IMG/VR virus record: IMGVR_UViG_3300005077_000003
Location: 113,612 to 177,611 of that record
Reading direction: 5' to 3' (one strand)
From: a virus
DNA: 64,000 bases
Below, piece by piece: positions 40,960 to 49,500 of this stretch. Made by a program: the position numbers and the translations under genes. Positions within the stretch are counted from its first letter, which is position 1. Every line of letters starts with the position of its first letter. The notes below the pieces were generated by a model. It was not told the origin of the DNA and made no database searches. It was given only the letters and a program-made list of their open reading frames with translations.

Positions 40960-41900
40960 TGTTTTACTAATAATTCTGCATTATTACTTGGTAAATGTCT
41001 TTTTATAAAAGATTCTTTTATATATGATAGTGTTTTTTCGTCTTTAAAAGTAGTTGCCTCGGTGATTTTCTGTACCCACTCATCAATGTTATTGATATCG
41101 TCAACAACAAAGCCATATTGGGCAATATTATCATGTTTAACTGCACATCTATTAGATACAACTACTGGCAACCCAGCAACCTGTGCTTCAACAATAGTCA
41201 TCCCATATGTTTCTGTTCTAAATGGAGATACTAATAATGATACATTATTATACATGCTGCCGTAATGCTGTTGACCAATTATATTGATATTATTATTAAC
41301 AATAACTGGTTCAAAGTCTTTATATCCAACAATATTAAATTGTAATGACGGCATTTTAGATGCTATATTGTTAAGAATATCAAATCCTTTTACAAATGAT
41401 ACTCTAGACATTAGTATAGGACCATCTATGGCTCTACAATTATTAAAGTTCGAAAAATCTATACTTGGATATACTACTTCAGTCTTATAATTAAATTGGT
41501 CTTCTAATACAGATTTGAAATAATTAGAATTAGCAATAACTAAATCAGGTTTAAAGTTCTTATTTTGTAATTCACAATTAGAGCATTCTTTTGAACAAAA
41601 AGCAGTTATGCTTGGATATCCACCCTTTGAACAGATATGTTCATATGAATGAGCCATATAAACTAGCGGCTTATTTAATAAGCATGCAACCTGTTCTCCA
41701 TATGGAGTCCAGTTTAGTTGTGTAATAATAATATCAGAATCAACAAACTTTCTTAAACAAGAAAAGTCATTTAAATTAGTATTAGTAATTGTATAGCAAA
41801 TATGTCCACTATTTCTTAGTGCATTAATTAAGTTAATAGATGTTATTTCTGCACCACCAACTGGAATAGTTAGGTTATATGCTATATAAAGTATTTTCAT
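40941..41900 (-). CDS. GT-B (GT4) glycosyltransferase
   Basis: GGAEIT, IANSNY, RVSFVKG, ETYGMTIVEAQ..G.PVV.S. Confidence 0.9.
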   Translation of the reverse strand: MKILYIAYNLTIPVGGAEITSINLINALRNSGHICYTITNTNLNDFSCLRKFVDSDIIITQLNWTPYGEQVACLLNKPLVYMAHSYEHICSKGGYPSITAFCSKECSNCELQNKNFKPDLVIANSNYFKSVLEDQFNYKTEVVYPSIDFSNFNNCRAIDGPILMSRVSFVKGFDILNNIASKMPSLQFNIVGYKDFEPVIVNNNINIIGQQHYGSMYNNVSLLVSPFRTETYGMTIVEAQVAGLPVVVSNRCAVKHDNIAQYGFVVDDINNIDEWVQKITEATTFKDEKTLSYIKESFIKRHLPSNNAELLVKHCTSIL

Positions 41901-41922
41901 TTACTCTCTTATAAAAAGAAGG

Positions 41923-41967
41923 TGGCTCCCCGGCTGTGAATCGAATACAGGACATTCGGTTTAACAG
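41923..41967 (-). pseudogene. trnN: 3' half of a split tRNA-Asn(GTT)
   Basis: Minus strand: CTGTTAA ACCGA ATGTC CTGTA TTCGATT CACAG CCGGGGA G CCA, i.e. anticodon loop, T arm (A53 replaces G), acceptor 3' strand and encoded CCA. Confidence 0.8.
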
Positions 41968-42002
41968 GGAGCGTTAATCTCAGGACGGAAATATTATTAA
42001 GA

Positions 42003-42233
42003 CTAACAATATTTGGTTAGCAATTTTAATAATTCTTCTGCTTGTTCACGAGTTTGGCAACTCCAAAAGTCTATCCCACCAGGACTACCTATCGTCTCTC
42101 CAGGCAGAACATAATCACAACTTGGCTTATCATAATCTCCATACTCAGCTACAGTATAATCATACTGCACCCAATATGGGAAATCTGAACCTGATAGAGC
42201 ATCTATTATTTTATATTTAGGAGTATCATTCAT
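42003..42233 (-). CDS. Hypothetical protein (76 aa) inside the tRNA-Asn interruption
   Basis: ORF track; its start codon overlaps the HNH start on a CATG palindrome. Confidence 0.55.
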   Translation of the reverse strand: MNDTPKYKIIDALSGSDFPYWVQYDYTVAEYGDYDKPSCDYVLPGETIGSPGGIDFWSCQTREQAEELLKLLTKYC

Positions 42234-42573
42234 GTTAAAAAAATGTAAGCGGCATGGATTAACTGACCATGCACCAATTAAGGGTAGGAAAAATGGTTAT
42301 AGGTGCAGAAAATGCACTGTAGAAGCAGTACAAAAACGCAGGGAAGCTGTAAAACAAATGTCAATTGATTATAAAGGTGGTTGTTGTAACAAGTGTGGTT
42401 ATAGTAAATGTAATAAAGCTCTTGAGTTTCATCGTTTAGACCCTACTAAAAAAGACTTTTCCATATCGTACAATGGTAATACATATGCATGGACAACAGT
42501 AAAGAAAGAGCTTGATAAATGTGTTTTGCTCTGTGCTAATTGTCATAGAGAAAAGCACGCTGGCCTTTTCTAG
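42232..42573 (+). CDS. HNH endonuclease-family protein, antisense to the operon, possibly inactive
   Basis: GGCCNKCGY.KC..ALEFHR.DP..KDF.I...ELDKCVLLCANCHREKH; AGGAG SD upstream; the usual HH dyad reads HR. Confidence 0.85.
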   Translation: MLKKCKRHGLTDHAPIKGRKNGYRCRKCTVEAVQKRREAVKQMSIDYKGGCCNKCGYSKCNKALEFHRLDPTKKDFSISYNGNTYAWTTVKKELDKCVLLCANCHREKHAGLF

Positions 42574-42601
42574 ACGCTCTCAACCACTGAGCTACCGGGG
42601 A
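42573..42601 (-). pseudogene. trnN: 5' half of a split tRNA-Asn
   Basis: Minus strand: TCCCCGG TA GCTC AGTGGTTGA GAGC G TC. The acceptor 5' strand pairs 7/7 with the CCGGGGA of the 3' half, and the D arm is intact. Confidence 0.8.
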
Positions 42602-42608
42602 TTACGTT

Positions 42609-42797
42609 TTATATTATATGTACGTCAATTGATTCTATATACCAATCTCTTTCTATAAAAGAGTGGTCTAATTCTGGTTCAGCTTCATTGGCAGCAGTCA
42701 TCAATTGTTTTTCTGTTGGTTCATCAGAAAAATAAAAGTCTACATTGTATTCGTACCAATGTGCTTTGTATATAACATATGTTTTATCGTCATTCAT
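42609..42797 (-). CDS. Hypothetical protein (62 aa)
   Basis: ORF track; ATGA overlap with the upstream gene. Confidence 0.55.
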   Translation of the reverse strand: MNDDKTYVIYKAHWYEYNVDFYFSDEPTEKQLMTAANEAEPELDHSFIERDWYIESIDVHII

Positions 42798-43801
42798 AGT
42801 CTTCCAGCTCCATGGGGCATACTTTCAAGTACTCCATTGCTAGTAATTTCTGCCCAAATTGCGCGCTCCCTTATTTGGTGTAAATTATTAGCACCACAAT
42901 AAGTCATACCACTACGGATACCACCCATTAGGTCTTTTATTACATCTTCTACTGGACCTTTAGCTTGTACTGTAATCTCTATACCTTCAGCAGTTTTCCA
43001 GTCATTCATAGAACCCATGTAATCTTCTTGGGCTTCTTTAGAAGCCATGCCGCGAAACAGCTTAAATAGGCTCCCGCTATCATCTCTAATAACATTGCCA
43101 GGAGTTTCATCTGTACCTGCTAACATGCCACCAAGCATCACCAGATCAGCTCCAGCAGCGAAAGCTTTAACTGCATCACCAGGATACCTAATCCCGCCAT
43201 CTGCTATTAGGAGACAAGTAGTTCGCCTACATTCCTGAATAGCAGTGAATTGAGGCAGACCAAACCCCGTCTTCATTCTAGTTGAACATACGGATCCAGG
43301 GCCGATGCCGACCTTAATAGCGTCAGCCCCAGATCCAGCTAAATATTCTGCGCCAGCTTGTGTGCATACATTGCCAGCTATTATAAAACAACTATCATCT
43401 AATGATTTTATTTTGCCTATTAGTTCACCTACTGCTTTAGAATGTCCGTGAGCTACATCTACACAAAAGAATTTGGCGCCTACTTCATGTAATGCGGCAA
43501 ATCTATTTAGTTCTTCATTAGTACCTATAGATATAACTGCTTCGGCAGATTCCGCACGTACTCTTTGGTACATGCTTATATTATCTTCTATTGAGCAGAA
43601 CCTATGAAGAAAGCCAAGGCCGCCCAGCTTTCTTATTTTGATAGCCATCTTACTACCAGTAATGGTATCCATATTGGATGACAGTACTGGTATATCTAAG
43701 ATTAGACTACCAAAAGATACAGAGGTATCCGGCAACTTTCTGCTAGGTATATTATTATATCTTGGTAGTAAAGTTATATCATCAAATGATAGTGCTTTCA
43801 T
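42794..43801 (-). CDS. IMP dehydrogenase / GMP reductase family enzyme (no CBS domains)
   Basis: [46 protein letters not shown]...[31 protein letters not shown]. Confidence 0.9.
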   Translation of the reverse strand: MKALSFDDITLLPRYNNIPSRKLPDTSVSFGSLILDIPVLSSNMDTITGSKMAIKIRKLGGLGFLHRFCSIEDNISMYQRVRAESAEAVISIGTNEELNRFAALHEVGAKFFCVDVAHGHSKAVGELIGKIKSLDDSCFIIAGNVCTQAGAEYLAGSGADAIKVGIGPGSVCSTRMKTGFGLPQFTAIQECRRTTCLLIADGGIRYPGDAVKAFAAGADLVMLGGMLAGTDETPGNVIRDDSGSLFKLFRGMASKEAQEDYMGSMNDWKTAEGIEITVQAKGPVEDVIKDLMGGIRSGMTYCGANNLHQIRERAIWAEITSNGVLESMPHGAGRL

Positions 43802-43810
43802 TGATTTTAA

Positions 43811-44458
43811 TTAGCCAGGAATATAGGTGTATTCTATATGGAATTCCATACCAAATTTAAGGCCTACCAAATTATAAGTACCCGGCCAATCAGCATAATT
43901 GTCTAATAGGAACATATCTATCCAAGTGGACGGATACATACATAAGTTTATATTATTATCCCCCTCCCAATAAGAGGCGGGTGGATCATATGATCCAAGC
44001 AGACTAAAATAGAAAGGCCCCCATTCTAATGGAACTCCATTACACCACAGATTATCAGTATCAGTATGTCTATGTGCTATATGAGAAGAGTTAGGTGGTA
44101 CTACATACCAATAATGATCACCATGTGGAAATATAATTGATCCAAATGACAACATAGACCATATGTTATCTCTGGAATAAATCCATGGCACAGTAGATAT
44201 GCCGCTTACAATATCTTGTGCTGGGAAATACTGGTTTGTTGGATTAGTAATTAAAACTCTTGAATCCAACATAAATCTATCTACCTTTATTTGTACGTCT
44301 ATTAGCGTACCAAGGTTTGTATCAAATGGTTCTACCTGAAATGGAAATATTTCCCCATTAAAAATGTCAAGATTAGCAAACTGGTAATCTTGTGATATTG
44401 TTTGCGGGCTTGTTGGGCTTAATGTCATTATTAATGACGCAATTAAGTTAATTAGCAT
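43811..44458 (-). CDS. Secreted/surface protein, possibly choice-of-anchor-E-like (215 aa)
   Basis: Hydrophobic N-terminus; FDTNLGTL..V motif recalled from that family; AAAGGA SD upstream. Confidence 0.4.
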   Translation of the reverse strand: MLINLIASLIMTLSPTSPQTISQDYQFANLDIFNGEIFPFQVEPFDTNLGTLIDVQIKVDRFMLDSRVLITNPTNQYFPAQDIVSGISTVPWIYSRDNIWSMLSFGSIIFPHGDHYWYVVPPNSSHIAHRHTDTDNLWCNGVPLEWGPFYFSLLGSYDPPASYWEGDNNINLCMYPSTWIDMFLLDNYADWPGTYNLVGLKFGMEFHIEYTYIPG

Positions 44459-44477
44459 TTTTGTTATCCTTTTACAT

Positions 44478-44514
44478 AAAAAAAGTAGAGATCAAAATAA
44501 TTGGATCTCTACTT
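44478..44514 (-). terminator. Rho-independent terminator downstream of tRNA-Met
   Basis: AAGTAGAGATC/GATCTCTACTT 11-bp inverted repeat followed by a T tract on the minus strand. Confidence 0.75.
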
Positions 44515-44539
44515 CCCAAGTACTATTTAGTAATGTATA

Positions 44540-44628
44540 TGGTAGCGGGGGTTGGATTCGAACCAACACTTTGCATTAGATGTCTTCGGGACATGAACCC
44601 GACATGTTACCTGTTACACTACCCCGCG
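44540..44628 (-). tRNA. trnM: tRNA-Met(CAT), initiator-type, with an 18-nt variable region
   Basis: CGCGGGG/CCCCGCT acceptor with C1.T72 mismatch; D arm GTGT/ACAT; anticodon stem TCGGG/CCCGA (three G-C pairs); loop TTCATGT; T arm GTTGG-TTCGAAT-CCAAC; ends ACCA. Confidence 0.85.
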
Positions 44629-44638
44629 TTATTACTCA

Positions 44639-44842
44639 TCAGACTTCTTCCTCAGAATCTTCTTCTTCGTCAAAGTCAAATGGTTGTTCTACTGCATCTT
44701 CTATTACATCTTTAATATCTATTATAGATATATGGTCTGTAGTTTTTTCTTCATCCTCTTTAGGGGTTACTTTTTCTACTAGATCCTCTGATGTAATTGG
44801 TTGAGAATCTGATTTTTTTGGTTGTCTACCGTAGTGCTTCAT
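44639..44842 (-). CDS. Small acidic hypothetical protein (67 aa)
   Basis: ORF track; Asp/Glu-rich C-terminus. Confidence 0.55.
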   Translation of the reverse strand: MKHYGRQPKKSDSQPITSEDLVEKVTPKEDEEKTTDHISIIDIKDVIEDAVEQPFDFDEEEDSEEEV

Positions 44843-44844
44843 GA

Positions 44845-45543
44845 TTATAAAATGTCATCAATTACTTCTAGGATCATTTTTGACCAGGTTTCATATGTAT
44901 TTAAGTTCTTTGGAGTTTTAGCCAAAAACTTGGGCGATATAAGACCTTCACTATCTTTTACAGATACACTATCGTCAATTCCTAGAATAAATATTATTCC
45001 TAAATGAACTGCCCCCACAGGTGGGGTACTATATGTAATACATTTATCTTTTCCGTCTAATGGGGTATAAATTAGGCCAACTTCCACCAAATTTTTTGCA
45101 ATATCTGTCTTATCTATGCCTAATTCCTCTTCAACCTCTCTAGCTGCACCAAATAAAATAGTATTCCAGGTTATAGTTTTAATATTTCTATTCACAGCTA
45201 AGTTGTCAGCATAATTAATATGGCCACCTATACCTATGGATCTTTTGCCCTCTAATCTGCCTTCCCCGCCGCCCTTTCTTCTGTAAGAAAGTATTTTATT
45301 ATCTTTAGTAACGCATATTACATATGGTATTAATTGTACAATTGACGAGTCTCTTTCTGCCATCCACCTGGGCACAAATGAGCAATTAGACAGTACACTT
45401 TTTTCCCATTCTTTATCATGTGGAGATAAATGCACATAGTCAGTTTCAAAATTATATAGTTCTACTCTACTTATTGGATGAATACTCGCCAAGTTTTTTG
45501 TAACTAAAACTTGTTCCTCGCTTTTATCTGGTTTTTCTGTCAT
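44845..45543 (-). CDS. NUDIX-fold phosphoesterase
   Basis: QLIPYVI, Y.R..GGGE.RL.GK.SIGIGGHI, REVEEELG, VG.VHLG. Confidence 0.8.
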   Translation of the reverse strand: MTEKPDKSEEQVLVTKNLASIHPISRVELYNFETDYVHLSPHDKEWEKSVLSNCSFVPRWMAERDSSIVQLIPYVICVTKDNKILSYRRKGGGEGRLEGKRSIGIGGHINYADNLAVNRNIKTITWNTILFGAAREVEEELGIDKTDIAKNLVEVGLIYTPLDGKDKCITYSTPPVGAVHLGIIFILGIDDSVSVKDSEGLISPKFLAKTPKNLNTYETWSKMILEVIDDIL

Positions 45544-46568
45544 AGCATAATATTTTTTGATACTGCGGTTGAATTATTAATTTCATCTATATTAAATAAT
45601 ATATCAGTTTTAACTTTACCAGCAGCTGGATTATTAGAATAACATAGCTCACTATATGCGCAAAATGCGCATTCTTTATCTCCAAGTTCTAAATCAAGCT
45701 CTCCTTGTTTAGCTCCTTTCTTCAACCATTTTTCAACTACAGCAATATCTTTTTTGAATTTTATATTGTCGGTTTTGTATAGTGCCATAATATACTCTTC
45801 ACTATACTGAATTTCGTAATCTCTATCTGGAAGCTTGTCTTTTTTAATTTCTTTTAAAATCTTTTCGTTTCTTTTTCTTATTGCTTCCATAGTAATATCT
45901 GGATACTCAGTTTTATTACCCCTCTGGTCATATACTACCACGTATCCATTTTCAAACTTCATCCAAAACTGCCACATTAGTTTAAACATGCTACCATGTT
46001 TATATGCTTTAAGGTCCCAGTTTTCATCTCTTGAAACATATAATATTACCCAATAGTCTACACTCCTATATCCTTTCCTAGAAGTATTTTGGTATGCATC
46101 AAGATATATTGCGCATTGCATTAAAGCTTCTGCGGATGGGTTTTCAATACATTGTTTCCCCGCAAATTCTCCAACAGTTTTTATATCTACTCCAAATAGT
46201 TCTTTAGTTTCAATATCCATAAGAAACAAATCAGATGTTCCTATGGTATAGTTTGTTTTATCATAGAAGGTTTGTTCTGCTGACAGTACTACTAAATTAG
46301 TAGATATAGTATTCTTTCTAAGGTAGTCTTGTATACCTCTATGTAACCAATTTCCCATTTCTGCCGACAAAACATACTCGGGGTTTTTATCATTCGATGG
46401 TTCAAACCCTTTCCATTGGTAATAAAACTTCCTATGGCATCCTCCTATCTTTCTACCACTTGGTAACTCTATTGAGGCAGAGCTAGGATGTAGGCCATCA
46501 TTGGGTATATTTACATATATTTTCCTATCATTAAATGAACTATATAGTCTTTTACATATATCAATCAT
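45540..46568 (-). CDS. Cas4-like PD-(D/E)XK exonuclease with Fe-S cysteines
   Basis: LHPSSAS...C.R, G...H, IGTSDL...DIKT, Q...Y; C-terminal CAFCAYSELC. Confidence 0.8.
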   Translation of the reverse strand: MIDICKRLYSSFNDRKIYVNIPNDGLHPSSASIELPSGRKIGGCHRKFYYQWKGFEPSNDKNPEYVLSAEMGNWLHRGIQDYLRKNTISTNLVVLSAEQTFYDKTNYTIGTSDLFLMDIETKELFGVDIKTVGEFAGKQCIENPSAEALMQCAIYLDAYQNTSRKGYRSVDYWVILYVSRDENWDLKAYKHGSMFKLMWQFWMKFENGYVVVYDQRGNKTEYPDITMEAIRKRNEKILKEIKKDKLPDRDYEIQYSEEYIMALYKTDNIKFKKDIAVVEKWLKKGAKQGELDLELGDKECAFCAYSELCYSNNPAAGKVKTDILFNIDEINNSTAVSKNIML

Positions 46569-46572
46569 ATTA

Positions 46573-49500
46573 CTACCATTTCTCGTAAGTATTACTATTT
46601 GCTCTGCTTAGTGGAGTAGTTAATTGGTAACCGCCAGCTAACTGTATTGGATCTATTATAGAAGATTCTTTCATACTATTAATAGTAACAGTGTCAAAAC
46701 ATTGCATTCTAAAGTTTGACATGTCATAAACAAGCCACACTGGACCAGAGCCTCCTTCTTTAGATTTTCTTATATTTAATTTAATTATCGGCATAGGAGC
46801 TCCAGTATTAGGATTCTTTAATACTTCTGAAGTAGAACCTTCAAGATCATAGTAGGCATTATATGTAGTTGCAATAACATCAAAGTCATATTCTATTTTC
46901 CTTGCTTCAGTAATGTGGGCCAAGTGTGGTTCTTGTCCTATCCCCTGAGTTTTATTTAATTCAATTGTGGCTAGCAAACTAATCTTATCAGCTGCCGCCA
47001 TCCGCTTACATTCTTGTGAATGTGCTTTGGTAATAGAGAAATCAGTTTTACTTGATTCCTTATTAGATGCACCTATTTTATGAAATGAATCAACAACAGC
47101 AAGAACTGGCTTACTTAGTTCATCCTGCATCATGTGTATCCACTTTGATAATGTGTTTAATGTGGATCCAGCTGAGTGGTCTTTGACTATAAGTTTGCCT
47201 TCTATTGTCCATTGTTGTAATTTATTGACTGCATCTGCTATTAATATTTCTTCTTCAGGACTAGGCATTACTCTCTTTGTAACTGCCGTCCACTTTACTC
47301 CCGATATAATAGCAATAAGCCTTTCAATAAATCTTTTGCGTGAATCATCTAGTGACCATACTAATTGTGCTATATCATCGTTATTCTCTGCCATATTTAC
47401 AATTAAATTTTGTATAATGGCTGTTTTACAATTTTGCGGTGCACCTGCTATTCCCATTAGGGCGCCGCCCATGGCTATATATTGACCATGTTCATCAATA
47501 CCCATTGGTTTTGGCACACCAGATATTTTTCTATCTATTACATCATATCCGGTTTTCCATCCCTGTATGCCTACATCTCTAGATTTAAGTACCGATGCTA
47601 ATTCTAATAGGGCATTCTCTGATTCCTTTCTACCAAGAATATATTTATCATTCTTGGCTTCATCAATCATATCTAATTTTGGTCTAAAATCTTCTACTAC
47701 TTCTAGTATTTCATCAGCATTATTAGTGCGGCTTAATGCTCTAAGTAGCTGGTCTTTTATTAGCCTCGCTTCATTGTTAACCAGCCTTTCTATTTCAGAT
47801 CTTATATCTCCCTCATCAAATCCAGTAATTTTAGCTAATCTTTTTACTTGGTTACCTTGTTCTAATTTACTAGAAGTATTGATGATAAGTTTTATCATCC
47901 TATGTGCAAACTCAGCCTTATCTATCCCACTGCTTTCAGCTAGTTTGCTTTCTTTATCAAGAAAGAAGTCAAATGCAGTTATAGGAACCAAAGATAAAAA
48001 CTTAGGAAGACCATTTTTCCTAATATAATCATCAGCATCACATTCATCATCTAATAATGTTAGTGTTACTTTCAGTCCCTCTTTACCCTGCAGCTCCTCC
48101 ATATGTTGATAGGCGGCCCTTAGTCCGTTTTCATCAGGGTCAGCTACTATATTTATATGGTTGAACCCAGTATTAAGTATAAGTTCTACTTGTCCAGCAG
48201 TAAATGCAGTACCGCATGTGGCAACACAAGCAGTATGGCCCTCTCCCATGGAGGTTATTACTGATCCATAGCCCTCAAATATATCTAGTCTCCTAGCTGT
48301 ATTTCTTTTAGCAAATTGCAAATTATATAAGTAATCCGACTTAGTAAATATAGGAGAGTTCCTAGAATTTCTATACTTTGGTACCTTAGATGTCTTTCTA
48401 AAATTAATGAATCTTCCGGCAAAACCTACTGGGTTTGCTTTATAATCAAATAAGGTTATTGTAATTCTATCAGGTCCAAATAGTTCTGGTATTATTTCAA
48501 ACTCTTGTATTAATCTTGGCTTGGATATTCCAGTGGATCTTTGTACATTTTCTAAAAATGTATCATAATTAAGTATAGTACTTACGCCTAATGTTTTGCA
48601 TGTTGCCTCGTTCCAGCCTCTTTTAAGCGCATGCTCAAGTGTCCATCCTACTGGATTACCATCAACATCTGTTATTGCTAGCAATGAATGTACTGCTCTA
48701 AAAATCCGCGCAAACTCTATTTTTGTTAACTGTTCTTCAGTAAACTTAACTTTTTGATACTCAATATCAAAGTATTCAGCTAATTTATAGATATTATCTT
48801 CTATAAATCCAATGCCTTCTATTGGCCAACCCTTTAAAATATGTGCCGCGCTAAATATATCTCCTGTGGTTTGACAGTTGTGGACAGCCCCTAATTTAGT
48901 TGTAAAGGTACTTCCATTTCCAACGGTAATATCTACAACATTACGTGGGGGCATACTAGAAATTTTATTTATACATGAGAAATAATATTCTACGCCATGT
49001 ACTTCTTCAAAAAAGCCGCATAGTCCCTCTAGTTTTTTGAGTTTTAAGTTCCATCGTTCTCTATGAGATACATTATCTTTATCTATATATCCAGAACGGT
49101 AAGATATAGAAGGAAGAAGCCTAGCTTGTACTGCAATAGCATATAAGCCATATGCTAATTCCTTTGATACAGTTGTTGCGGAATATCTCTTATGCCCATC
49201 CCCATCCATATATCCAAAGATAAGAGATCTTTGTATGTCTTCTGGCCATGACAATGCTTCAACAGGAATCTTCTTGTTTTCTGCACCAGCACCAAACCAA
49301 TACTTTAATTGTTTACACAGATCTACTTTGCTACATACAACACTACATACATTTTTTTCTGGTATTAAATTTATAGTGGACTTAAGGTTAAATTCTTCTA
49401 AGAGTATTTGTTTTACTTCTTTAGCTAGCGTATGCTCTTCATTTATATGGAATGTAAAATTTACACTCCTTGCAGGTGCACTACCTTCAGCTATATATAG

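Noticed and set aside
41968-42572. Group I intron or archaeal BHB intron in tRNA-Asn
   Set aside because: The break is in the anticodon stem with 3 nt missing, two ORFs fill almost all of the insert, the HNH is antisense, and no P7 (R/S) consensus or bulge-helix-bulge was found by eye.
42561-42601. Stand-alone tRNA-Phe read from the 5' half (GTC-TAGAAAA-GGC)
   Set aside because: Only a 3-bp stem, A at position 33, and no T arm or acceptor 3' strand downstream; the Asn 3' half matches the acceptor perfectly.
44461-44804. Plus-strand ORFs 44461-44715 and 44580-44804
   Set aside because: They are antisense shadows of the terminator, tRNA-Met and the 67-aa acidic gene.
45540-46568. CRISPR-Cas locus suggested by Cas4-like genes
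   Set aside because: No repeat-spacer array and no cas1, cas2 or effector genes were seen in the window.
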